Positions 33,156 through 45,229 are shown, numbered from the stretch's first letter. The stretch: DNA of 64,000 nucleotides from an uncultured bacterium (GCA_963736115.1 CAVTNR010000012.1:288001-352000), one strand, 5' to 3'. Made by a program: numbers and translations. The notes: generated by a model from the sequence alone, not told the origin.

Positions 33156-33213
33156 GGCTAACGCTCCGGTTCAGCGACGGCGGTATGCCGTCCGCTGGAA
33201 CCGGTTGTTAGCT
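33156..33213 (-). other. attC site (58 bp, canonical)
   Basis: AGCTAACAACCGGTTCCAGCGGACGGCATACCGCCGTCGCTGAACCGGAGCGTTAGCC: RYYYAAC-like...GTT cores, L boxes with extrahelical bases. Confidence 0.93.
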
Positions 33214-33265
33214 GACCATTATTTTACCATACTCTCAGAAGCCTTCGAAGACGTTTATCATACGA

Positions 33266-35624
<2,359 letters not shown>

Positions 35625-35631
35625 CATATTC

Positions 35632-36414
35632 TTATAGATTGCCCCATAAACCTCCATTCATCGTCACACGCGTATTCTCTTTTTTCTCGGATTCAATGTC
35701 GGTAAAGTGACCATGTCCAGGATAAACTATTGTTTTATCAGATAGAGATAAATATAATCTGCGTACAGATTTAACAATATCTTCTTTTGGGCCACTTCCA
35801 GGTAGATCACGCCGTCCGACAGTTCGATAGAATAAAACATCTCCGGATAATAAAATATTCTGTGTGTAAAAACAAATGCTCCCACGGGAATGACCGGGAG
35901 ATAAAAATGTTTTAATTTCTAACTCCCCCAAGCTTAATGTCTGATTATCAAATAATTCGATATCCGGCTTCCCAAGAAGTGATAATTTAAAATTCATCAA
36001 TTCAACTGTGCTTGGAGATTTTTTCATTTCTTCTACCATAGAAGAATCAAGCTTGCTTTCCCATGCTTCATATAGTTTTATATCTTCATGCTCTTCGCGT
36101 GAAAAACATATTTTTACTTCAGGGTATCTCGCCATTATGGCTGGCACACCATAAACATGATCTACATGACAATGTGTACAAAATATATATTTTAACGTTA
36201 GGTTTTTATCAATAATTATTGTTAATAAAGAATCTATCGAACCCCCTACGTCAAACAAAGCTGCCTCTTTACTGTGAGCATCGTACAAGAGATAACAATT
36301 TGTTTTAATTAATCCAGTAACTTGATAATTTAGAATATATTTTTCCTGAGATAAACAGAAATTCGATAAGAAAAGTACCCAAAATAAACTTGTAAAAATA
36401 TATCGTTTTTTCAT
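35632..36414 (-). CDS. secreted metallo-beta-lactamase-fold hydrolase (glyoxalase II-like), integron cassette
   Basis: THCHVDH, PGHSRG, SGD, YPGHG; signal peptide; AT-rich. Confidence 0.9.
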   Translation of the reverse strand: MKKRYIFTSLFWVLFLSNFCLSQEKYILNYQVTGLIKTNCYLLYDAHSKEAALFDVGGSIDSLLTIIIDKNLTLKYIFCTHCHVDHVYGVPAIMARYPEVKICFSREEHEDIKLYEAWESKLDSSMVEEMKKSPSTVELMNFKLSLLGKPDIELFDNQTLSLGELEIKTFLSPGHSRGSICFYTQNILLSGDVLFYRTVGRRDLPGSGPKEDIVKSVRRLYLSLSDKTIVYPGHGHFTDIESEKKENTRVTMNGGLWGNL

Positions 36415-36441
36415 ATCCTTCTCCCTACCTTTTACCTTTTG

Positions 36442-36535
36442 GTATAACGGGCTAATCAATGGTTTTGCCTCAAATGATTTTAAAAAGCCTTATGAGATGG
36501 AACGAGGCAAAATCCATTGCATTAGCGGGTTAGAA
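36442..36535 (-). other. attC site (94 bp), first in array
   Basis: TTCTAACCCGCTAATGCAATGGATTTTGCCTC...GAGGCAAAACCATTGATTAGCCCGTTATAC with two extrahelical bases. Confidence 0.9.
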
Positions 36536-36549
36536 ACATTTTTATTATT

Positions 36550-36740
36550 GAAGCTCCCCGCCGCCCGCTTCGCGGGACCAAGCTATTATATGCCTTCTGT
36601 TTGAAGGCAAGCGGCGGGGAATCTTCTATCTGTAGAGAAGAGGCATCTTATATTCGCTCGCTTACCCCGGGGCCCGCTGCGCGGGATCAAGCTATTATAT
36701 GCCTGCTTGTTGAAGACAAGCCCCGGGGAATGCGCTCGCT
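36550..36740. repeat. REP-like palindrome doublet, each hairpin carrying a 44-nt insertion (36564-36607, 36673-36716)
   Basis: Empty sites TCCCCGCCGC-AA-GCGGCGGGGA and CCCCGGGGC-AA-GCCCCGGGG; inserts 38/44 identical. Confidence 0.85.
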
Positions 36741-36899
36741 GTCAGATTCACATTCATCGACAATGATTTCCACTGTTTTAAACCGCTTGTTATTCTCATT
36801 GTCGATGCAGTACCGCAGGCAGACGAAACGGTCACCGTAAAATTCCATCCACTTCTTCGAGCCGGGCCGCCCCGGCGGTACCCTTTTGACAATATGCAT
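36687..36899 (-). pseudogene. small hypothetical protein downstream of intI, probably truncated at the palindrome doublet
   Basis: PGRPGSKKW..FYGDRFVCLRY...KRFKTVEIIVDE resembles (from memory) a family found beside integron integrases; reads into repeat DNA after ~50 aa. Confidence 0.55.
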
Positions 36900-36973
36900 A
36901 TCTGTTTTTCATGCGTTTGGACCTCCCCGGCGCGCTCCGGTGCAACGATCTGGCGGAACCCGGGGTTGACCCT

Positions 36974-37948
36974 CTATAAATCGTACGCTGGGCTTTTCAC
37001 CCCCAGGCCCCCGCGGTTCAGAACGTGCGTATAAATCTGCGTTGTGGCCACGTTCTCGTGGCCGAGCAGTTCCTGAACCGTCCGGATGTCGCTGCCCCGC
37101 ATCAGAAGGTGCGTCGCGAACGAATGGCGCAGGCTGTGGGGGCCGGCATGCTTCAGTATGCCGGCGCCGCGGATCGCCTGCTTCACGGCCCTTTGAAGAA
37201 CGGTCCCGTCCAGATGATGCCTTCACCTGATCCCGCTTCGCGGATCGATTGAAATCTGCCGCGCGGGAAAAACATACTGCCACGCGAATTCCTTCGAGGC
37301 ATTTGGATATTTGCGTTCAAGGGCGTACGGCATATAAACCGATCCGGTTCCTTCCATTAAATCCTTTTCATGAAGGTTCTTCACTTTCACCAAATGATCC
37401 TTGAGAGGGGCTGCCAGTCTCTCGGGAAGCATGGTGACCCTGTCCTTGAACCCTTTTCCGTCATGAACGGTGATCTGGCGATAGTCAAAATCGATGTCCT
37501 TCACCCTGAGCCGCAGGCATTCCATCAACCGCAATCCGGAACCATACAGGAGCATGGCCAGGATCCAGGCTGTGCCTTTCAATCGACTCATGACCGCCTT
37601 GATTTCGGCGGGCGAGAAGACGACCGGCAGCTTCCTGGGCTTTTCGGCCCATATCAGCTCCAGGTCCCCGATCTTCTTTTCAGAACGTGTTTGTAGAGGA
37701 AAATGACCGCGCAAAGCGCCTGATTCTGGGTCGAGGCTGAAACGTTCCGGCGCACGGCCAGGTGTTTCAGAAATTCGTTGATCTGGTGTTCCCCCAGGTC
37801 CGAGGGATCCCGGTTTTCGTGAAACCTGACGAAGCCGGCCGCCCATCCGAGATAGGCGGTCTCCGTCCTCAGGCTGTAATGCATGGCCCTCAGCACGGCC
37901 CGCATCTCGCCCATCCAGAGGGGGATTTCCGGGGATTGAACGTCCATA
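36974..37948 (-). pseudogene. intI: integron integrase (frameshift ~37680, in-frame TGA at 37223-37225)
   Basis: [30 protein letters not shown], IntI patch [49 protein letters not shown]. Confidence 0.95.
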
Positions 37949-38265
37949 CGGAAGTGTCTCCGCTTTTTTCCGCGAAGCAGCCCCCGATGCGCCGTTGATC
38001 CTGCCTGCCCGACCCGCCACGGTATCTCCTGAATACGAATGCACGGATGCGTTCGGACGGGAATGAACAAAATTTTCGATTATTTTATCGACTCAAAAGC
38101 GTGCATGCCTGCCTGAAAAAGGCGGGTGAAATTCCCCGTCTGACGGCGCCCGGCTGCGCCGCTGTCCGTTAGGAATGATTGAATAAACTCCCTGACATCG
38201 AACGGCATGAATCCCTCCCGTTGCGAGCCTGAGGATGGAAAACCCGGAGATTAATTAGTTGTCTT

Positions 38266-38294
38266 AATATAGAACGCCTTAAAGAATAAAACAA
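38266..38294 (-). promoter_or_regulatory. putative sigma70 promoter toward intI/array
   Basis: TTGTTT-N17-TATATT, same -10 as other promoters in the window. Confidence 0.45.
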
Positions 38295-38318
38295 GAAAAA
38301 CTTTGGCGTTCAAATGCG

Positions 38319-38354
38319 AAAAAGAAAAAGCCCCGGGACACGGCCCTGGGCCTT
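38319..38354 (-). terminator. intrinsic terminator after GH130
   Basis: AAGCCCCGGG...CCCTGGGCCTT stem with T-tract on minus strand. Confidence 0.7.
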
Positions 38355-38415
38355 AAAAATAATACGATTTGGGTCAGCTGTTTCGGACGATCTCAATCTT
38401 TGCGGCCATGGGCGT

Positions 38416-39606
38416 CTACCGTTTCTTTTTGAGAATTTCGAGATTCCTCGCGATGAGTTCGTTCCTCTGCGCCACGCAGGCCGCGGATCGGAGGGGATCC
38501 GGGGGCGTGTTCCGGCAATAGTCCAGGAGCTTTTCCACCGTTGTCGTTGCCACGTGCATGCGGGTGTCGGACGATCCGTAGTAGATGAGCACCCGGCCGT
38601 CCGGCCGTGCCACCCACCCGTTACTGAACACCACGTTCGACACGTCCCCGACCCGCTCCTCGCCCTCGGGCGCGAGAAAGTACCCGCCCGGCTTCCGGGT
38701 GACCCGCGTCGGGTCATTCAGGTCCGTCATCAGCAGATACAGCACGTAGCGGAGCCCGGCGGCCGTGTTCCGCACGCCGTGCGCCAGGTGCAGCCAGCCT
38801 TCGGCTGTTTTGATCGGCGCGGGCCCCTGCCCGTTCTTCACCTCATTGACGGTGTGATAGACCTTCGGGTCGATGATGGTTTCATCGGGGATGGAAGCGT
38901 GTTCGATGGACTCCGACAGGCCGAATCCGATGCCGCCGCCCGATCCGGTGCTGATGAATTCGTCCATGGGCCGTGTGTAGAAAGCGTATTTCCCATTGAC
39001 GAACTCCGGATGCAGAACCACGTTCCTCTGCTGGGGCGACGGGCTCCGGAGGTCGTCGAGCCGCTCCCAGTGCTCGAGATCGCGCGTGCGCGCGATGCCC
39101 GCCTGGGCCGTGGCCGAGGACTGGTCCGCTTGAGGCGCCTTGGGATCTTTCCGCTCCGTGCAGAACACGCCGTATATCCAGCCATCCTCATGGCGAACCA
39201 CCCGCATGTCGTAGACATTGACGTCCGGGTCGTCCGTTTCGGGCATCGAGATGGGAGTGTCCCTGAACCGGAACCGGTCGATTCCGTTCGGGCTCTCCGC
39301 GACAGCGAAGAACGACTTGCGGTCCGCCCCTTCGACCCTCACCACGAGCGCGATTTTCCCGTTGAATTCGATTGCTCCCGAATTGAACGCCGCGTTGATT
39401 CCCAGGCGCTCCATGAGGTGGGGATTGGACGCAAAATCGAAATCGTACCGCCAGAACAACGGCGTGTGTTCCGCGGTGAGCGCCGGGTATTTGTACCGCT
39501 TGAACACGCCGTTCCCGCCGGCCAGGGGCGGGTTGCGGCGCTGGATCAGCGTCTCGTGCCGGAACCGGAGCGCGGCCATCGCCCGTTTGAACTGGTTTCG
39601 GTTCAT
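38416..39606 (-). CDS. GH130 4-O-beta-mannosylglucose phosphorylase-like
   Basis: [67 protein letters not shown]. Confidence 0.92.
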   Translation of the reverse strand: MNRNQFKRAMAALRFRHETLIQRRNPPLAGGNGVFKRYKYPALTAEHTPLFWRYDFDFASNPHLMERLGINAAFNSGAIEFNGKIALVVRVEGADRKSFFAVAESPNGIDRFRFRDTPISMPETDDPDVNVYDMRVVRHEDGWIYGVFCTERKDPKAPQADQSSATAQAGIARTRDLEHWERLDDLRSPSPQQRNVVLHPEFVNGKYAFYTRPMDEFISTGSGGGIGFGLSESIEHASIPDETIIDPKVYHTVNEVKNGQGPAPIKTAEGWLHLAHGVRNTAAGLRYVLYLLMTDLNDPTRVTRKPGGYFLAPEGEERVGDVSNVVFSNGWVARPDGRVLIYYGSSDTRMHVATTTVEKLLDYCRNTPPDPLRSAACVAQRNELIARNLEILKKKR

Positions 39607-39639
39607 GATCCTCTTTTCTCCGTCATGCGGACCCGGGCC

Positions 39640-41481
39640 TCAGTCCGAGAGCTTGTTCCACCAGGTCTTCTTCAGGATCAGGGAGGTGATGACGAGCACT
39701 GCGACCGCCTCGAAGAAGGGCGCCGCGCTGCGGATCACCAGGTAGACCGGGATCAGGATCAAACAGGTCTGCCAGATGATGCCGATCACGACATTGAAGG
39801 CGTCGCGCTTGAAATTCGCGTCGGATTTGAACTTGGGATCGGCCTTCACGACCTTATCGTGAATGGGTTTCCAGAAACCCCACGGCCGCACCTGCTTGTA
39901 GAACTGCATCAGAATCTTGTCGTCCTCGGGCCTGGTCAGAAGCGTGCCGAGGACGCACCCGGCAGTGGATAGAACGAGAATGACCGGGAACGAGTACAGG
40001 GCGTACAGGTTCGGCACGATCTCCGGGTAGACCCAGAGGTAGAGACCCGGGAACTTCGACAGCAACAGCGCCGCCGCGATGCCCGTGGCCATGCCCCAGA
40101 AATAACCGTACCCGTTGAACCGCCACCAGTACCACTTCAGGATGTTGGCCGCGGTGTACCCGCCCCACAGGGCCGAGACGATCCACTGCGTGACCTGGTT
40201 GATGTCCCTGGCGTGGAGCCCGAAGAAAATGCCGATGATGACAAACGCGAACGACACGGCGTAGCTCAGCCAGATCAGCTTCCGGTGCGAGGCATTGGGG
40301 TTGATGTAGCGTTTGTAGATGTCATTCACCACGTAGGCCGGGGCCGCGTTGACCGTGGCCGCGAACGTGGACATGAACGCGGCCAGAAGGCCCGCCAGCA
40401 CCAGGCCGAGGAGCCCGGCTGGTATGAAATTGCCCAGTACATACGGGAGCACCTTCTCGAAATCGATTCCCGTGCCCATGGCATTGAGCTGGGGACTGAA
40501 AAAGACGAGCGCCATGATCGTAATGCCGGCGATCATGAGGTAGCGCGTGGGAAACAGGCAGAGGGAGACGAACCAGCTCATCTTGGACGCTTCCTTCGGA
40601 TTCTTCGTTGCGAGCACCCTCTGCATGTCGTAATTGGGCGCAGGCCCCGCGAGGCTGACGAGTATGCCCTTGAAGAGCACCATCATGAAGAAAATGGTGA
40701 AGAGCGAATACCCGTCCTCCGCGATCTTCATGTTCACGCTCTGAATCAGCCCGGACCAGTCAAGGTTCAAATTCCACCCGAAGAAGACGTTCTTCCATCC
40801 TTCAGGCACGGCCGACGCGACCGCTTCGGGCGACGTCCTCATGATGGCCACGATGCCCACGCCCACGCACGACACGGTCATGACCACGAACTGGAGCAGT
40901 TCCGTGACCACGACGCTGTACATGCCGCCCGCCACCACGTACACGGACGTGAGCAGCATCAGGCCGGCCGCGTACCAGTTGCCGTTGGTGACCGGATCCG
41001 CGGAGAACTGCCAGGGCAGGAACATGGCCGCGAACTTGCCCACGCCCGCGAAGTCGTAGGCGATGAATCCGATCACGCTGACCAGGGCGAACACCACCAC
41101 GCTGAGATGCGACAGCACCGCGCCCCTCCCGGTTCCGAACCGGGTGTCGATCCATTCCGCCCCGGTCATGACGTTCGAGCGCCGCATCCATTTCGCGAGA
41201 AACACCATCAGGAAGATCTGGTTGAACACGGGCCAGAGCCACGGAATGAAAATGGACTTGAGGCCGTAGACGAAGGTGATGTAAACCAGCCACATGGTGC
41301 CCGTGATGTCGAACATGCCCGAGGCGTTCGACACGCCGAGTATCCAGTAGGGCAGTCCCTTATCGGCCAGAAAGTACGAATTCAGGCCCTTGGACGCCTT
41401 TTTGGTCAGAATAAAACCGATCATAACGGTCAGAATCAGGTAGACGATGATGATGCCGATGTCGACCGCACCCAGTTTCAT
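39640..41481 (-). CDS. sodium:solute symporter (mannoside uptake context)
   Basis: YFLA...SNASGMFDITG, QRVLATK, GLLAAFMST; ~14 TM; adjacent to GH130. Confidence 0.9.
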   Translation of the reverse strand: MKLGAVDIGIIIVYLILTVMIGFILTKKASKGLNSYFLADKGLPYWILGVSNASGMFDITGTMWLVYITFVYGLKSIFIPWLWPVFNQIFLMVFLAKWMRRSNVMTGAEWIDTRFGTGRGAVLSHLSVVVFALVSVIGFIAYDFAGVGKFAAMFLPWQFSADPVTNGNWYAAGLMLLTSVYVVAGGMYSVVVTELLQFVVMTVSCVGVGIVAIMRTSPEAVASAVPEGWKNVFFGWNLNLDWSGLIQSVNMKIAEDGYSLFTIFFMMVLFKGILVSLAGPAPNYDMQRVLATKNPKEASKMSWFVSLCLFPTRYLMIAGITIMALVFFSPQLNAMGTGIDFEKVLPYVLGNFIPAGLLGLVLAGLLAAFMSTFAATVNAAPAYVVNDIYKRYINPNASHRKLIWLSYAVSFAFVIIGIFFGLHARDINQVTQWIVSALWGGYTAANILKWYWWRFNGYGYFWGMATGIAAALLLSKFPGLYLWVYPEIVPNLYALYSFPVILVLSTAGCVLGTLLTRPEDDKILMQFYKQVRPWGFWKPIHDKVVKADPKFKSDANFKRDAFNVVIGIIWQTCLILIPVYLVIRSAAPFFEAVAVLVITSLILKKTWWNKLSD

Positions 41482-41702
41482 GACATTTCTCCTGGTTGGA
41501 CGGATGAGATTGCGTAATAGCCCGTAAAGCGGATAGTATTTTCCGGGAATGAAAGCACAATATAGCGATTCACTCAGAAAAAATCAACCGCAATCGTTTG
41601 CGGAACCCTGATTTCCCATAAAACCATTTAAAACAGCGGAATTTAAGATCATTTCTCGCAAAATACTATAAATTTGAAGTTTATCAGTGTCGGATACTCG
41701 TC

Positions 41703-41767
41703 CCTCTCCGCTTCCCCGCTTCCCCGTTTCCGTCCCGCTTCTCCGTCACTCCGTCACTCCGTCACTC
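41703..41767. repeat. octamer tandem repeats (CTTCCCCG x2, CTCCGTCA x3 and variants)
   Basis: Read directly; overlaps the stop codon of the upstream flippase gene. Confidence 0.8.
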
Positions 41768-42763
41768 TTTCCCCGGTTCTGTTCCGAACGGATTTTCGAA
41801 AAGGAAAGCCCCTCGGAAAAGAAATAAACCAGACCCAGGGCTGTAATTGGGATGTACTGACTCAGGTGGTACAGGATGGAAAAGCTCAATGCCTGCGGCC
41901 TGGGTACGCCGAACAGTTCGAGGCTGATAACGGATACGAACTGTATGGTACCCACGAATCCGGGCGCGGATGGCGCAGCGACACCGATGCACAGGATGAC
42001 CAGAACGAAGACGGAGGCGGCCAGGGGCAGGTGAATCCCCGCGGCCATGACGCCGAAATGCAATGACAGCGCCGGAAAAACCCAGAGTGCCACGGAAAGC
42101 GCGGACGCGGCAACCACGGATTTCCAGTCGCGCAGCATGTGGAGCCCCTCCGCGAACGACTCGAGAAAGCCGAGCGCCCGGGTCCGCAGGGCCTGCGGGA
42201 AGGGCCGGAGCATCGCTCCGAAGAATCCGAGTACGGCTCCGGTTTTCGTTTTCAGCGCGATCAGCAGGCCGAGCATCAGGCCGACGGCCCCGAGAGAAAC
42301 CAGGCTCGCCTTGCGGAGCCAGCCCGGAAAAGGCAGGTCCAGGAGTCCGACCGTCACGAGCAGGAAGAGGAGAACGGTGATGCCGTCGAAAAACCCGCTC
42401 CAGGACAATGGTGGCGAATGCGGCGGACACCCGGACGCCGGTTTTCCTTCCGAGCACGAGGGCCCGCACGAACTCGCCGATACGCGCCGGAAGCAGGTTG
42501 TTGGCCATGAAACCGATCATCGTGGAGGGAAACAGGTCCTTCATGCGGACACGAGCCAGCGGCCTGAGGAGCACGCCCCAGCGGACGCACCGGATCCAGA
42601 GTCCGACGAAATTCGCGGTAATGGAAGGAATCAGCCAGACGTAACGGGCTTCCGAAAAAGCCCGGCCCACGTCCCGCAGGTCCGCTTTGCGAAAGGCCAG
42701 CCAGAGAAACAGGCCGCTGATCAGGACGCCGGCCCATAATTTCCAGTCCCGGACTCGTTTCAT
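41746..42763 (-). CDS. lysylphosphatidylglycerol-synthase TM-domain (UPF0104/AglD-like) flippase, frameshift ~42393
   Basis: RW..LL, GFMANNLLPARIGEFVR, LERVFD after correction, PSAPGFVG. Confidence 0.85.
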
Positions 42764-44169
42764 TTCAGCGCCGCCCATTGCGTCCTGATTTCAGACAGTG
42801 ACACCGCCCGAAAAGCCAGCAGGGCGGCGGCGTACACGGCGACCGCGGCCGGGACGGCCAGGAGAACGGCCGACCCGGTCGTGGCCGAGAGAAAGACCGT
42901 CATGACGGCAGTCGCGGCCAGCACCCTGGGCCAGACGGCCCATTCCGTGATCCGCACCAGCCGCGCCAGCGCCCACCCCATCGCCGGCAGGAACATGCAT
43001 GCTTCCGTGATCAGGGTGGTCCAGGCCGCGCCCATGAAGGAGAAACGGCCGATGAGCAGGATGTTGAAAACGATGTTGCAGGCCAGCGCGCCGGCCTCGA
43101 AGGCGAGAAACAGGCGCTGGCGGTTCACCGCGTTGTACAGGCTCGCCAGATAGACATTGAAAAAATTCAGCGCCGCGGCGAAGGCCAGCACGCGGAGAGC
43201 CGCCGAGGCGGTGGCGTACCGGACATCCGCGAGCAGAAGAATCAACCGGTCCGCGGTGAGGAGCACGCCGGGGACAAGGGGCACCGCGATCATAAAGAGC
43301 ACCTTCAGTCCCAGCGTAAAAACCCGTGAGGTCTCCTCCCGGTCGGCGGACACGGCGGAAAGACGCGGGAAAAAGGCGGTCGCGAAAATCATCGGGATCA
43401 GGTTGGTGAAGCTCATGAGCTTCTGGGCCGCGCCGTACAGGCCCACGGCCGCGTCGCCCCGCATCTGCCGGAGAATGGGAACGGAAAGCTGGCCGTATGA
43501 ATAGGTGACGAACAGGGCCAGTCCGAACGGAAGCGATTCCCGGAACAGGCGGCCGCTCCGACGGACGTCCATCCGCGCGTCCGCGGGATGGAAGCGGCGG
43601 CGCAGAATCAGGAGGGAAAGTCCCAGGGAGACGGCTCCGGCCAGCGCAAAGCCGAGCGCGAAGGGAACGAGACCCAGACGGGCGCGGACGGCGGCCACGC
43701 AGAGCGCGGTCGACAGCGTCTTCTCGACCAGGATGGTCAGCGTCTCGTACTGCATGCGTTCGTGGCCGCGGAACACGGCGAAAACGAGCTGGGTGAACGA
43801 CGAGCTGAGCCCGTATACGGCCACGATCCAGATCACGCGAGTCGTTTCGGCATCGGGCTTTGTCAGGGTGGTGTAGATTCCGAGAAAAGCGAAGCTGATC
43901 GGAACGAGGAGAAGCTTGAGGCCCATCGCGCCCGCCAGAACGGACCTGCTTTCCGCGGGCCTGCGGGCGATGTCCCGCGTGACCAAAGTGGTGACGCCGA
44001 AGTCGTCGAACAGGAGGACGAAATACATCAGGGTCATGGCCAGGGTGTAGACCCCGAATCCCGATTCGCCCAGGCCCACCGTGGCCGTCTTGAACAGGAT
44101 CAGGGCCATGAGCATCTGCCAGCCCTGGGTGAGGGCGCTGAAAAAGGTGTTGCGGAAAAGCCGGGTCAT
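42760..44169 (-). CDS. Wzx-type polysaccharide flippase
   Basis: NTFFS...LGESGFGVY, DFGV, VGLYGAA, FFPRLS, MGAAWTT; 12-14 TM. Confidence 0.9.
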   Translation of the reverse strand: MTRLFRNTFFSALTQGWQMLMALILFKTATVGLGESGFGVYTLAMTLMYFVLLFDDFGVTTLVTRDIARRPAESRSVLAGAMGLKLLLVPISFAFLGIYTTLTKPDAETTRVIWIVAVYGLSSSFTQLVFAVFRGHERMQYETLTILVEKTLSTALCVAAVRARLGLVPFALGFALAGAVSLGLSLLILRRRFHPADARMDVRRSGRLFRESLPFGLALFVTYSYGQLSVPILRQMRGDAAVGLYGAAQKLMSFTNLIPMIFATAFFPRLSAVSADREETSRVFTLGLKVLFMIAVPLVPGVLLTADRLILLLADVRYATASAALRVLAFAAALNFFNVYLASLYNAVNRQRLFLAFEAGALACNIVFNILLIGRFSFMGAAWTTLITEACMFLPAMGWALARLVRITEWAVWPRVLAATAVMTVFLSATTGSAVLLAVPAAVAVYAAALLAFRAVSLSEIRTQWAALK

Positions 44170-45161
44170 GTCCGGGGCCTTCGGCGGGGTTCCGGCGCGG
44201 ACGGCGGCTTTTCAGCCGCGATGAACGCGCAGGATACGTTCAGGTCTTCATCCGTCAGGGACGCGAACCGCCGGGCGAGCCGGTTGCGCGTGATGCCGGG
44301 CGGGCCGGACCGCGGGATCACGTCCAGAATCCTGAATCCCTCCCGCTCGAGCAGACGAATGTGCACGGAGAGGGGCTCCCGGTTGATCAGATAGGGCCGT
44401 TTTCCGCGGATCAGCGACCAGGCGGAATCCGGAACGCCCCAATGGCCGTTCCACGACCGCGTGAGACCGTGACTGCTGAAATCCACGACATGAGACATGC
44501 GTCCGCCCGGCTTGAGCCACAGGCGCATCGCCCGATAGGTGGCCTCGAGATCATTCACATGCTCCAGCACGGCCTGTGACAGAATCATGTCCGCGGAAGC
44601 GTCCCGGATCACGTTCGGATCCGTCCAGGGCGCGGCATACCGGATCATTCCGTTCCCGCGCTCCGCTCCCGCGCTCCGGACCGCCTGCCGGATGCGGCTG
44701 ATTCGCTCCGGGTGGAGATTCGCATCGAGTCTCTTGCCGGGAAAAAGCGGATCCGGAAAACGGTAGGAGTCGAGCCCCGGCATCACATCCGGAAATTCCG
44801 ATTCACCTGGAACGCCTGCCCGGTCGCGGAAAAGGCCGGTCAAGGCGTCCAGAACCGTTTCATTCCGGGCCGTCTCCGCGTAGCGGATGAAGTCCAGGGC
44901 CATGACCTGCTCCGCCCCGCTGAGGAGGGCCGCCAGGCCGACGCCGAGCGAATCGCCCGGCCCGATCTCCGCCACGGTAGCCGGCACTTCCCGCAGGCCG
45001 AGCCGGACATGCTGAACCCAATGCCTCAGCCAGACGGAATAGCAGTAGCGCGCCGAAACCGTGCCGCCTGTTCCGCGCCTGCGCCAACGGGTCACGCCTG
45101 GGATGAAAGTGGCCGCTCCGTACAGAAGCGGTCCGGGTCGGATGTCGAGTTTTTTTATCAT
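44166..45161 (-). CDS. class I SAM-dependent methyltransferase-like protein
   Basis: AEIGPGDSLG, DMILSQAVLEHV, LKPGG. Confidence 0.8.
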   Translation of the reverse strand: MIKKLDIRPGPLLYGAATFIPGVTRWRRRGTGGTVSARYCYSVWLRHWVQHVRLGLREVPATVAEIGPGDSLGVGLAALLSGAEQVMALDFIRYAETARNETVLDALTGLFRDRAGVPGESEFPDVMPGLDSYRFPDPLFPGKRLDANLHPERISRIRQAVRSAGAERGNGMIRYAAPWTDPNVIRDASADMILSQAVLEHVNDLEATYRAMRLWLKPGGRMSHVVDFSSHGLTRSWNGHWGVPDSAWSLIRGKRPYLINREPLSVHIRLLEREGFRILDVIPRSGPPGITRNRLARRFASLTDEDLNVSCAFIAAEKPPSAPEPRRRPRT

Positions 45162-45229
45162 CTTGAGAGTCAAGCAATTTACATAAAAATCAACCGGGAA
45201 GCAAAAGATAAAATACCGCCGGATGAACG

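Noticed and set aside
36550-36740. CRISPR mini-array
   Set aside because: Only two imperfect 44-nt units nested in hairpins; no cas genes or leader
37223-37225. TGA recoding (Trp/Gly/Sec)
   Set aside because: Arg is expected at this position and TGA terminates many neighbouring genes
37231-37245. CCCGCTTCGCGG in intI as another micro-element copy
   Set aside because: Encodes the conserved DPRSG motif of IntI; coincidental
38064-38078. LexA box upstream of intI
   Set aside because: GAAC-N4-TTTT does not fit GAAC-N4-GTTC or CTGT-N8-ACAG
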